DNA of 64,000 nt from Nitrosopumilus sp. GTDB lineage: Archaea; Thermoproteota; Nitrososphaeria; Nitrososphaerales; Nitrosopumilaceae. The position numbers and the translations under genes are program-made. Under the pieces are notes generated by a model, which saw only the letters and a program-made list of their open reading frames with translations, searched no databases and was not told the DNA's origin. Shown here piece after piece: positions 52,887 through 62,210 of this stretch. Every line of letters begins with the position of its first letter. Position 1 is the stretch's first letter. The stretch is taken from NCBI GenBank assembly GCA_965207075.1, contig CBDBLO010000002.1, forward strand, positions 1,184,001 through 1,248,000, read 5' to 3'.

Positions 52887-53051
52887 ATGACAAGCTTTTA
52901 CAGCGCCGACGGCTACAACGACGCCGAAAGCATACGCGCGAGGATAGCATACCTGGAGGGCATGGACGATAAATATGCAGGCGACAACCCGGGTGCGCGT
53001 CAGGCATGCATAGACGAACTGCGGGCCAAACTGGCCGACCTGGAGGAATGA
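52887..53051 (+). CDS. 54-aa helical protein resembling the C-terminal module of the flanking fusions
   Basis: DGYNDAESIRARIAYLE; own TTTAAAA box at 52857-52863. Confidence 0.65.
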   Translation: MTSFYSADGYNDAESIRARIAYLEGMDDKYAGDNPGARQACIDELRAKLADLEE

Positions 53052-53102
53052 ACCGCATGCACGAACTTTCATACTTTTAAGGAAGGACGCAGTTTAACCT
53101 GC

Positions 53103-54035
53103 ATGAATCAGCAGGCCAAGGTATCGGTTGATGCCATACGGGAAAAGGTGTCAAAGAACTTGGACACGCAGCGGGTCTTTGTATTCGGCTCGCAGGCACG
53201 CGGTGACCAGCGGCCTGACAGCGACCTCGACATACTGCACATAGTACGCAAGGGATGCGACAAGAACAACTACATGCACCACCGCGCGATAAAGGACGCG
53301 GTGGACGGGGCGGCCGGCGGCGTCAAGGACGTCACGATACTGGTGGAGACGCCGATAACGATACAAAAATACGGCAACCTGTATGGGTCGACCGAGTACA
53401 ATGCGCTGCGCGAGGGTGTCGCAGTGTATGAGTCCAAGAATGCGCAACATATTCACACGTATGAGATGTCCAACGCGGAAAACGCGCGTAGGTGGCTGTC
53501 GCGGGCGTACATGCACATACTATATGGGCGGCAGTTGGCGAAGTACAAGAGGCCCAGCGCGAGGTCGGACCGCGATACGATGTGGAACCTGTCAGTCGGG
53601 GACTCGTTAAGGTCGGTGCTGTGCTCCAGGGGTGTCAAGTTTCCGTTCACGCGCGGCGACCTGCGCAGGCTGCACGGGTGGCTGCCGGACGGCGCGGGGG
53701 ATGTGCTGGGTTTTGACACGGGCATGCTGGAGCACCCGGGGGAGCGCGACGCGGAGCGCGCGTACAGCGCGGCCCTGACGTGGCTGGGGGACGGCGTCCC
53801 AGAGTCATTTGCGGTCGACGACGGCCCGTGGGACGTACTCGAGCTTCCGACGAGGATCGCCGAACTGGAGGTGCTGCGCGCGGTCCCGGCCGACCACATA
53901 CACTCGGTGTTGGACGAACATTACAAGATACTGCGCAGGCGGTACGAGATGCTGACGAAGATTGCGGACGGCGTGGCGGTGGAAGCCGGTGGCGCCGGTG
54001 GCGGTAGAGGCGGGAAGTCCGCCGGCGGCAGCTGA
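53103..54035 (+). CDS. MNT (minimal nucleotidyltransferase)-HEPN-like fusion copy 2 with C-terminal helical module
   Basis: FGSQARGDQRPDSDLD, ALREG, RRWLSRAY..SLRSVL..FPFTRGDLRRL. Confidence 0.8.
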   Translation: MNQQAKVSVDAIREKVSKNLDTQRVFVFGSQARGDQRPDSDLDILHIVRKGCDKNNYMHHRAIKDAVDGAAGGVKDVTILVETPITIQKYGNLYGSTEYNALREGVAVYESKNAQHIHTYEMSNAENARRWLSRAYMHILYGRQLAKYKRPSARSDRDTMWNLSVGDSLRSVLCSRGVKFPFTRGDLRRLHGWLPDGAGDVLGFDTGMLEHPGERDAERAYSAALTWLGDGVPESFAVDDGPWDVLELPTRIAELEVLRAVPADHIHSVLDEHYKILRRRYEMLTKIADGVAVEAGGAGGGRGGKSAGGS

Positions 54036-54088
54036 AGGACAGTGTAGCCCTGCACATGTTAGGTGTTATGCGCCGGCGCATGCACCGG

Positions 54089-54793
54089 TCATTGATGCCT
54101 CACTGCCACCAGTTCCCACTGCCTCCACGCGCCGGTCTCCGGCGGCCTCCGTTCCTCCGACACTTCGTCCGGGTCGCCCAGCACGCCGAACCCCGCCAGG
54201 TGCAGCCTGTACTCGAGCTCCCGGTCCGTGAAGAAGTGGATGGGGAGCCCGGCCTTGGGGCCGTCGTCGTACAGTATGGTGAGGCCGCCGAGTGAATTTT
54301 TCTCGATTACCTGGTGCCGGCGGTATATGTCTGTGCGCGCGGAGTTCACCCGCAGGAACAGCAGGCCGCCGGGGCGCAGCACGGCGGCCGCGTGTTCGAG
54401 GTATCTGCGGACCGTCTGCCCGTCGCCGTGCTGGAACGCCTGTATGGATATTACGTAATCGTGCTGGACGTCCGGGCTGACGGCGAGAAAGTCTTCACAC
54501 GACACGCGTCCGGCGCATTCGGGGGACCTTGCAAGCAGCCGCTGCAGCCCGGCTTCGGACACGTCGATGCCGCGGAGCCCCGGAAGCGCGGCCGCCAGCG
54601 GTATGTAGTTGCGGCCGTTGCCGCACCCGGCGTAGAGGCCACGCCCGTCAGCCAGTCCGCGCCCGCGGAGTGTGTCGATGATCGTGCTAACGAACGGCAC
54701 GGGCGGCTCGCCCTCGTACCGGCCCGATCTGTACTCCGCGTCCCAGCGCCGCGCCATGCGGGCGCCGTCACTATCGTTGTCCCGGCAATCCAT
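54089..54793 (-). CDS. class I SAM-dependent methyltransferase
   Basis: WDAEY, YAGCGNGRN, GIDVS, LRPGGLLF. Confidence 0.85.
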   Translation of the reverse strand: MDCRDNDSDGARMARRWDAEYRSGRYEGEPPVPFVSTIIDTLRGRGLADGRGLYAGCGNGRNYIPLAAALPGLRGIDVSEAGLQRLLARSPECAGRVSCEDFLAVSPDVQHDYVISIQAFQHGDGQTVRRYLEHAAAVLRPGGLLFLRVNSARTDIYRRHQVIEKNSLGGLTILYDDGPKAGLPIHFFTDRELEYRLHLAGFGVLGDPDEVSEERRPPETGAWRQWELVAVRHQ

Positions 54794-54930
54794 GCCACGG
54801 CCATGCACATGACTGCATAAAACAGTCATCATAATACTTGGGGCCGCCGCCTGCACCGCGCGCCTGGCGGCAGAATCGAAAAGCACACTCCAGATCACAT
54901 TTTAAGGGAGGTGGACGGAGGGGTTGCTGT

Positions 54931-55449
54931 TTGGCAGGAAGCGACGGGCTTGACGGCATCAATGTCTTTTCTGACGACGACAAGCTGAAGATCCTGGGCG
55001 AGCTGCTCGGCAACAAGTCAAGCAGGGACATCATAAGGCTGCTCATCTGCAGGGAGTGCTACACGAACGACATTGCAACCACGCTGAACATGCGGTCGAA
55101 CCTGGTGGTCCACCACCTCAAGAAGATGGAATCGATTGGCTTGGTGGAGGTAAGGGAAGGGAGGCTGACCCGGAAGGGGCAGACGCACCGGTTCTTCAGG
55201 ATCAGGCCGGGGATCCTGGTGCTGCCGGAATCCGCGGAAAGCGGCAGCCTCCTGAAGAGGCTGGCCGGAGGGGTGGTAAAGTTTGCGGCGGTGGGTGCCG
55301 CGGCCGCGCTGTCCTACTTTTTAGTCGACGCGCTGCGGGCGACGGAAGGCATAGTACCGCAGACAAAACCCCTGGATCCGCTGGTCTACTCGCTCGTCGT
55401 GGTTGTCGCGGGTCTGGCCGTAATGTATTATAAAAAAAGGACTAGGTGA
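54931..55449 (+). CDS. ArsR-family winged-helix regulator with C-terminal TM segments
   Basis: KLKILGELLGNKSSRDII..LVVHHLKKMESIGL; TTG start after TTTAAG box. Confidence 0.8.
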   Translation: MAGSDGLDGINVFSDDDKLKILGELLGNKSSRDIIRLLICRECYTNDIATTLNMRSNLVVHHLKKMESIGLVEVREGRLTRKGQTHRFFRIRPGILVLPESAESGSLLKRLAGGVVKFAAVGAAAALSYFLVDALRATEGIVPQTKPLDPLVYSLVVVVAGLAVMYYKKRTR

Positions 55450-56569
55450 AATCCCAGGACAAGCCCGGGATCTCATCTAGTATGTTTGCCTGTTTTGAGT
55501 ACGTGGATAATATGCCGTTGTACCCGACGTGTGTTCCCTTGAAGTTCTTTGACGGGACGTAGCTGTACACCGGTGCGCCGCTGTCTCCATCCTGTCCGAC
55601 ATAATTGGTGGCCGCCATGTCGTTTATCCAGACGCCGTCGACGTAGTTGCTGTATGACGCGATGACCACGACACCTGACACTCCACGCGTGACATGTCCT
55701 TCCATATGTACGCCGTCAAAGAGCGCCGTGTATCCTGCCACGTTGACGTCGAGGTTGTTGTATATGCGGTCGCTGATGTTTTCATCCGCATTCACGAACA
55801 GCGCGTCGGCGGTGCTTCCGGCACTGTAGCTGTTGGCGGTTACCGTGCCGATGTGGTCCCAGTAGAAGTAGTTTGGCTGGCCGACGGTTTCACCGGTGTT
55901 GCCGCCGGTGCAGTGTCCCGCAGTGACAAAGCCTGTCTCTCCGTTGCGCTCCGCCTTGAAGCCAACGCTGCAAGCCCCGTGCAGGGTTGAGATTTTGACC
56001 CCACCTTGCGCTGGTTCGCAGTCTCCAGTCTGGGAGCATTGCGGCGTTGTCGCCGCCATGGGTTGCACTATTATGGACACGTCGTTGCCCACGAGTTCCC
56101 TGACCTTGCTCAGAACACCCGCTGAGTGCTCGGCAAGCTTGTCGGGAAAGACGTTGACAACGAGATTGTTGGAGGTGTCCACGTACAGGCCGGATACCGG
56201 AAACTCGGCCGTAAAGTCGTCAAACGACTTGGAGGCCAGATTGGACGTGATGTACCCGGATACCAGGTCCCTCTTGTCCAGCGCTGCTTGTCTTGCCGTG
56301 TTGTCTACCCCCTGCTCGTAGGAGGACTTGATCTGCTGCGCCTCCTCGACCAATGCGGTCCTCTCTGCGTCCGTTATGTTCTCGTTGTGTAGTTGCTGGG
56401 CGATCTCTGTCATCCGCTGTACGTCCGGCGTGTCGAATGTCGGCGGCTCGGTTCGTATCGAGTCCTGCCCGGGGTTCTGTGCCGTCACGTCCTGCGACAG
56501 CGCGACCGTGAATCCGACCAGCCCGACGGCCAGCATCGCTACAAGGATCGTCGTTGTAGTTTTCTTCAT
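55442..56569 (-). CDS. secreted S1 (alpha-lytic/chymotrypsin-like) serine protease with pro-region
   Basis: Signal peptide, GFVTAGHC, ADAL, GDSGAP triad motifs. Confidence 0.88.
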   Translation of the reverse strand: MKKTTTTILVAMLAVGLVGFTVALSQDVTAQNPGQDSIRTEPPTFDTPDVQRMTEIAQQLHNENITDAERTALVEEAQQIKSSYEQGVDNTARQAALDKRDLVSGYITSNLASKSFDDFTAEFPVSGLYVDTSNNLVVNVFPDKLAEHSAGVLSKVRELVGNDVSIIVQPMAATTPQCSQTGDCEPAQGGVKISTLHGACSVGFKAERNGETGFVTAGHCTGGNTGETVGQPNYFYWDHIGTVTANSYSAGSTADALFVNADENISDRIYNNLDVNVAGYTALFDGVHMEGHVTRGVSGVVVIASYSNYVDGVWINDMAATNYVGQDGDSGAPVYSYVPSKNFKGTHVGYNGILSTYSKQANILDEIPGLSWDFT

Positions 56570-56605
56570 TGAACTGCGTTAATGTGAAGTCGTAATAAGA
56601 AAATG

Positions 56606-56657
56606 CTCAATTTGGATTGAATGAGTTTGCCATGTTCGACTCAATCCGGATTGAATG
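56606..56657. promoter_or_regulatory. two palindromic operator-like sites upstream of the protease
   Basis: CTCAATTTGGATTGAATG and CTCAATCCGGATTGAATG; TCAATCCGGATTGA is a perfect palindrome. Confidence 0.65.
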
Positions 56658-56771
56658 CTCCCGCTTGTCATCTTATACTGATGCCATGATGGTGGCAAAG
56701 CCGCCAACACTCCGAAGTGGCTGCCGCGGGTGGAATACACTATGCCGCCTTGACCACCCTGACTTTTCGAC

Positions 56772-57710
56772 TTAATCACCGGGACGGGGCCCGGGCAGGT
56801 GAGCCTGTTCAACCGCGGTGAAGTGCTTCGGGTGCGTCGGCACGTGCCTGATGGCGTCCAGTACGGGACGACGCGGTGTGGGCTTCCTGCGCCGCGCGGA
56901 GCGCACAAGTTTTGACGCTAGAGAGTACATGCGGCGGGCCGAGCGTGTGGCGCGGTCGACGTCCTGCGGCTCGTACGTCCGGGACCCGAGCTTGATGCGG
57001 CGGGACCCCCAGTGGTGCAGGGCGCCGAGGTCGAGGTCCGGCGAGGGGCGGCAGTCCGGGGGGAGCAGGCCGTACAGTACGCGCTGGTCGCGCGCGTACG
57101 GGAACATGATGCGGCGGGCCAAAAGACACGCCTTCATGGAGTGGCCGATCGAATCATACAGGGTGTTGCACGCGGGCTCCAGGTTGAGCCCGAGGTTGTC
57201 CGTACTTCTCGCCCACGACCTGCCGGCGGACAGGCGACGCGCGGAGATGCGCAGGTACCAGTCGGCGCACCACGCGGTGTCGCATGTGTCGGGGCCGTTG
57301 TGGCCGTTTGCGGGGCAGCCGCCTACTCCTGCCGGCAGCAGTGGGTCCAGCGCGCGGCACGCCACGGGGGAGCGGTAGAGTATGCGGCTTTCGCCTTTGT
57401 GGTAGTCGCGGAGGGCGTGGTACTCGGGCGTGCCGTAGAGGTTGGCATTGCGCCCTATGGTGCGGGGGGTGTGCTCGAAGACCGTGGCCTGTTTTACACC
57501 GCCGCGCGTGCCGGCCAAAACGTTGCACAACGACTCGTAGAACTTCTTGGAGCCCGTGCGCGTTATGCACAGGATGTCCAAGTCGCTGTCGGGGGACTGG
57601 GTGTTGCGGACCTGCGAGCCGAATATGATGAACAGCAGCAGTCCGGCGGGCGGGTCGGAGAGCAGGCCGTTCCTGATGGACCTGACGGATGCGGCGGCCC
57701 GGCGGTTCAC
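56772..57710 (-). CDS. MNT-HEPN-like fusion copy 3
   Basis: FGSQVRNTQSPDSDLD, NLYGTPEYHALR, SMKACL..FPYARDQRVL. Confidence 0.75.
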   Translation of the reverse strand: MNRRAAASVRSIRNGLLSDPPAGLLLFIIFGSQVRNTQSPDSDLDILCITRTGSKKFYESLCNVLAGTRGGVKQATVFEHTPRTIGRNANLYGTPEYHALRDYHKGESRILYRSPVACRALDPLLPAGVGGCPANGHNGPDTCDTAWCADWYLRISARRLSAGRSWARSTDNLGLNLEPACNTLYDSIGHSMKACLLARRIMFPYARDQRVLYGLLPPDCRPSPDLDLGALHHWGSRRIKLGSRTYEPQDVDRATRSARRMYSLASKLVRSARRRKPTPRRPVLDAIRHVPTHPKHFTAVEQAHLPGPRPGD

Positions 57711-57875
57711 GTGTGGTATGCGGGGCGTTTCATATTAACGCCCGCGGCGGGGGCCTGACGGCGGTGTCGTCGTTCCTGCGGCGCATTTCACGGCCATGCG
57801 CCAGTTCCGCATAAAACGGTCCGCACCGGTACCGATGTGTCTGGACTTAAATACGGAGCATTGTGATATGCACTG

Positions 57876-57995
57876 ATGTCCCGCAAATGTCCCAGATGTG
57901 GCTTCGAGTATCCACCGGAACTGCCCGAGAGCGCAGTAAGGATACTCATGGAACATCATGATAGACAGGCGGCCCACAGAAAAGGGACTGCCTGA
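57876..57995 (+). CDS. 39-aa C2H2-type microprotein
   Basis: Read by hand: MSRKCPRCG..MEHHDRQAAH; CTTAAATA box upstream. Confidence 0.5.
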   Translation: MSRKCPRCGFEYPPELPESAVRILMEHHDRQAAHRKGTA

Positions 57996-58142
57996 ATCTT
58001 ACTGTCATAACGCCACAACCGTATCACAAATTCACAAGTGCTGTGCCGGAGCGCGTGATCTGCCGGCGGGTACCGCGCCGCGACGCCCTGCCAAGCTTCG
58101 CGGGGTACGCAGTTGTTAAATGCGCGTGCGACAAGCGCGTGT

Positions 58143-58469
58143 ATGGTACGGCGGCGGACCGAAGGCTTGCGTTACTCCCTGCCGCTGGACAGGCTCTTCC
58201 CGGGCCACCCGAACGCCAGGATAATGGACTGCCTTTTGTCCAACCACGGGTTAGGGCAGTCGGTTGAAAACGTGGTGGGGTTCACCGGGCTCAAAAGGGA
58301 CGAGGCGGTGTCCGGGTTGGAGTGGCTGGCGGGGGAGAAGTTGATCAGCACGCGCGGCGGCAACTACGTGGCCGAACCCGGAACAGGTTCCGCCAGGCTG
58401 GACGGGCTGTACGCGTATTATCGGGCGACTGTGGGGTCAAACCTGGACAACGCGTTTCCGCCCGGGTGA
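58143..58469 (+). CDS. winged-helix DNA-binding protein
   Basis: LDRLF..ARIMDCL..TGL..L..L...LI..Y pattern. Confidence 0.6.
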   Translation: MVRRRTEGLRYSLPLDRLFPGHPNARIMDCLLSNHGLGQSVENVVGFTGLKRDEAVSGLEWLAGEKLISTRGGNYVAEPGTGSARLDGLYAYYRATVGSNLDNAFPPG

Positions 58470-58518
58470 TGACACAGCGCCCGGGGCGCGGGCGCCGCTC
58501 TGTTCAGGTCCCAGTAGG

Positions 58519-58833
58519 TTAGGCGGGAACCTCCGTTATTCTGTACCGCCTGGAGGAGTGGCAGTGCGTGCACCGCGTTGATACGTGCTCGCCGTCCGCC
58601 CCGTCGTGGTGCAGTATGCCGCCGCACCTCGGGCACGTGAATACGATCATCTTCTCCTTTGCGCAGCTGTCATGCTCGACGGCCTCCGCGACTTCGTTGA
58701 TCGTCATGCTCCTGCAGACGTCCCTCCGGCGCGTGACTTTCTCGTTCATCTCCGTGCCGCATCTGAAGCAGAACGGCTCGCGCGTGCCCTCGGTCTCCGT
58801 GTGGCACCTTGGGCATTGGTGTACGCTCATCAA
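58519..58833 (-). CDS. double Zn-ribbon protein
   Basis: CPRC..CFRC, CPRC..CTHC. Confidence 0.65.
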   Translation of the reverse strand: MMSVHQCPRCHTETEGTREPFCFRCGTEMNEKVTRRRDVCRSMTINEVAEAVEHDSCAKEKMIVFTCPRCGGILHHDGADGEHVSTRCTHCHSSRRYRITEVPA

Positions 58834-58927
58834 TTATGGCCACTTGTATTTTTTAAAAACGACGGAACCGGAGACGGAACCCCCCCCCGGAAGGACGAGT
58901 TATAACAAAGGCGTGCGTATAATATGC

Positions 58928-59890
58928 ATGGAGAACCACCACGCGGTGCTCGGCGTCAGCCGGGGCGCGGACCGCAGCGAGATACGGGAGGCGTTCCGCC
59001 GCCGGGCGCTGGAGTGCCACCCGGACGTCAGCGGGGGCGATAGTGGTGAGTTCATGGCCGCGAGGAGGGCGTACGAGGCGCTCGTGAATCCCGTGGTGAG
59101 CAGGGAGGACGAGGCCGCCAGGCTGCACGCGGAAATGCTCAGGGCCGAGAAATGGTGCGCCGACCCGTCGTCGTTCGGGACGGCGGACTTTGGAGATGCG
59201 ACGTTTGAAAAGTATGGCGGGTCCGTCAGGATTGCGGGCAGGCTGAGGGCCGGCACCCTGAGGTTCGGGGGGCGCGTCCTGGTGTATGGCGACGTGTCGA
59301 GCCCGCCGTGGGGCGGGCCGCATAGAACGGTGCTGCAGGGAGGCGGCGGCGTGGACGTGCGCGGCAGCATACTGAACGGCGCGGAGGTCAGGGGGCGCGA
59401 CGTCTTTGCGGTCGACGTGTTTGGACTGAGGCGCGTGGAAATGGACGCGGTGCGCGTGGGTGTGAGCTGGGACGCGTCGCTGCACGCGAGCATAACTGCA
59501 GACGGGGGGAACGCGGTGTTGCGCAACTGCACGGGACCTGCCCGCATACGCGGGGACGTGGTGGACGTCTGGGACGTGCGCGACGGGTGCGTTCTGGAGG
59601 GGCGGCGTGTGGTGGTGCGCGGCAACACGGTGACGCACGACTGCACCATACGGGTGTCGGAGTCTCTGTCGTTCACGACAGGCCAGATGCTCGGGCTTTC
59701 GGACAACTGCACCATATCTTGGGACGGCGGCGAGGTGAAGCTGGGGCGGCTGAAGACGTACAGGACGGGCCGGCTGCCGGGCCTCGATGGCGCCCAGGGC
59801 ACCATGGTGGGCGGCGGGTTTGTCATGACCGTGCAGATGCTGCAGCACGCGGCCGCAAGGCGCGGATGGAACCCGTTTACACGCGGCTAG
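58928..59890 (+). CDS. J-domain (DnaJ) protein with C-terminal beta-helix-like region
   Basis: VLGV..EIREAFRRRALECHPD..AYEAL; V/G-rich repeats downstream. Confidence 0.8.
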   Translation: MENHHAVLGVSRGADRSEIREAFRRRALECHPDVSGGDSGEFMAARRAYEALVNPVVSREDEAARLHAEMLRAEKWCADPSSFGTADFGDATFEKYGGSVRIAGRLRAGTLRFGGRVLVYGDVSSPPWGGPHRTVLQGGGGVDVRGSILNGAEVRGRDVFAVDVFGLRRVEMDAVRVGVSWDASLHASITADGGNAVLRNCTGPARIRGDVVDVWDVRDGCVLEGRRVVVRGNTVTHDCTIRVSESLSFTTGQMLGLSDNCTISWDGGEVKLGRLKTYRTGRLPGLDGAQGTMVGGGFVMTVQMLQHAAARRGWNPFTRG

Positions 59891-60081
59891 GAGGAACCGG
59901 CGCCAGCCTCCTTGGCGTCTTCCTCGTCTGCCTTCTTTCGTTCCCTCTCAGCCCACTCCATGAACATCACGCGTTTGTTCTCCCAGATGGCCTCGTCCTC
60001 CGGGTCGTGCTGCTTGTGGGCCTCTATGCTTGACAGCTCACTGGAAATGTGGGACTCCAGGGCGTCCCTGCGCTTGCCCAT
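59887..60081 (-). CDS. small charged helical protein
   Basis: 64-aa ORF with TTAAA box upstream. Confidence 0.5.
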   Translation of the reverse strand: MGKRRDALESHISSELSSIEAHKQHDPEDEAIWENKRVMFMEWAERERKKADEEDAKEAGAGSS

Positions 60082-60229
60082 ACAACGACAGGCGCGGATG
60101 CATTTAACGCAGCCGTACTCCCGGAGCGCCGCCCGGCAGTGTCTGTGGATTCGGACGCAGGGCTGCGCCGTCCTGCATGACCGGTCTTACTGTGACCATT
60201 TGGAACCTAAAACACCTGACGGTTTTTGA

Positions 60230-60760
60230 TCCGGCAGATTTTCATTTTTTCCAGATATGTGTTCAAAAACACTAATCAGTTTTAACCGTTTGTGTAAAAT
60301 TTGCATTTAAGGGGGTGCAAAAAATCCCGGTACGGTACGTTCGAGTATTTACGATTATTAATTTTCTGCTGAATTTGGTTGGTTTTTAATAATCTAGCTG
60401 CATGGAGGTCTTTTCGTGCAGCTGAAATGCAGCTGACGTATTACATCTTTTTTCAATATTCTTGTAATTATTTCAATATATATGAATTTCTTGTAATTAT
60501 TAGATGATATGTGGATTATTATGTAAAAAGTTAGATCAGCTGCATAGCTGCATGGTGAAAACTAGCATTCTGGAACAAGTAGTTACAGAAAAAGAGTTAT
60601 GACCGTGCAGCTACGCAGCTGGGGGGTGTTTTTTGCAATAATTACAGCTTTCTATCATGCACCGTTCTACATATTACAATAATCCGTAAGAAACCATATC
60701 ATATTTCCAAAAAACGCAGCTTCATTCCAGCTGCATGAAAAAACAAAAACCCAGCTGAAC
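60230..60760. repeat. AT-rich non-coding locus with about 11 AGCT-core repeats (candidate origin or partition site)
   Basis: (TG)CAGCTG(CA) variants in clusters at 60395-60435, 60538-60553, 60606-60650, 60716-60757; TTCTTGTAATTATT twice in the AT core. Confidence 0.65.
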
Positions 60761-60886
60761 AGATACGGTCTCGGTATCTGCGCGTTTGCATGAAAACCTG
60801 ATGGCAGGTTTCGAGAGACGTGTGTCATGGTCCCGATTGAGGAATGTGTCGACCGACGGGTGAAGAACTGAGCAGTCACAGCCACG

Positions 60887-61633
60887 TCAGGACATGCCGC
60901 CCGCCATAGTCACAAACACGGCCACCAGTACCAGCACTGCCAGAAACACCACGTTCATCGGGGCGGCCGTTACGACCAGCCTGCCGACCGGCACGCTGTC
61001 CCAGTCGCGCCTGTCAAAGTACGTCGTACGCATTATGCTGAACGACCCGCGCCCGTCCTCCCACACCGGCACGGCGAACTTGTCCCACGGGCGCTTGTAG
61101 TGGGCGGCGAACAGGCAGAACACCCTCGTCCACGGCCTTGCCCGCGGGTACCCTGCAAACAGCGGCGGCACGCCCCTGGCGCCGCGGCGGCAGTCCACGG
61201 CCTGCCATACGTTCATCACGAGGTTGTACGACACGATCAAAAAGGCGGCCGCCGTGATGGCCAGCAGTGCGACCGCGACGGGGACAAAGTACACGCCGCC
61301 GTATGACGGCAGCGTGACGGATACGACCAGCAGTATGATGCAGTCACCGGCAGCCAGCCCCCTGACCCGCCACATCACCAGTGCGATGGTTATGCCGGCG
61401 GCCATGCTGAATATCGCGTTCAGGTCCTGCCACCCCCCGGACAGTAGAAACATTGCAAGCCCCGCGCCGCCGATCATCGCGTAGTGGCGGTCCCGTCCCA
61501 TGAGTTCGCGGTATTTCAGGTCCCCGTAGGATTCCACTGCGAGTAGTCCCAGCACCAGCGCCAGCCTGCCATATTCCAGGTACTGCGGCAGCAGGACGGC
61601 CGCCGCGCCGTCAGCAGGAAGAAACGGGGGCAA
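60887..61633 (-). CDS. A24 prepilin/prearchaellin peptidase (FlaK/PibD-like)
   Basis: Multi-TM; catalytic Asp motifs GDLKYRE and LAAGD. Confidence 0.78.
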   Translation of the reverse strand: MPPFLPADGAAAVLLPQYLEYGRLALVLGLLAVESYGDLKYRELMGRDRHYAMIGGAGLAMFLLSGGWQDLNAIFSMAAGITIALVMWRVRGLAAGDCIILLVVSVTLPSYGGVYFVPVAVALLAITAAAFLIVSYNLVMNVWQAVDCRRGARGVPPLFAGYPRARPWTRVFCLFAAHYKRPWDKFAVPVWEDGRGSFSIMRTTYFDRRDWDSVPVGRLVVTAAPMNVVFLAVLVLVAVFVTMAGGMS

Positions 61634-62210
61634 CCAGTATGCGCCTCATCTGTTCTGACGTCGATTCGACCCAGGCATCGATCTCTACCAACTTGTCGTG
61701 CAGCCCGGCCAAGCGGTCCACGGCGCATTCCACGCGCCGGTGCCTGCACCTTGGCAGCAGCCCTACGGCCCGTAGGTGTGATATGGACTTGCGAACCTCA
61801 CTGTCCCCGCGCGGCCAGTCTACCAGGTAGTTCTGTATTGTGCGCATTGGGACGGTCGCCGGCTCCACCGGTGTTGGCTGCTCCTGTCCTTGCCTTGACA
61901 CCGCGCGCGCAAACCGGTACACCACGGACAGTACGCATACGTCGAAGAACCTCAGTCCCAGCCCGTCGGCCATGAGGAGCCCCGTGCCGACCGGCGTGAG
62001 CCTGGGCGCCCCACACCCGTCACTCCACTCCATCAGTCCGCCGTCCACGAGCCTCCGGACCACGTGATCGCCCGCCTCGCCCCGCTCCGCCTTTCCAATG
62101 TCGTTGAGTACGGCGCGCCCCATGCGGCGCCCATGCTGGGACAGCACGACCACGGCCTTTCTTGCGGCCGCGGCGGTGTCAGTACTCCCGGCGCGTTCCC
62201 GCCCGCTCAT
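61611..62210 (-). CDS. hypothetical protein, probable tandem winged helix
   Basis: RRLVDGGLM..RLTPVG and VRKSISHLRAVGLL. Confidence 0.5.
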   Translation of the reverse strand: MSGRERAGSTDTAAAARKAVVVLSQHGRRMGRAVLNDIGKAERGEAGDHVVRRLVDGGLMEWSDGCGAPRLTPVGTGLLMADGLGLRFFDVCVLSVVYRFARAVSRQGQEQPTPVEPATVPMRTIQNYLVDWPRGDSEVRKSISHLRAVGLLPRCRHRRVECAVDRLAGLHDKLVEIDAWVESTSEQMRRILVAPVSSC

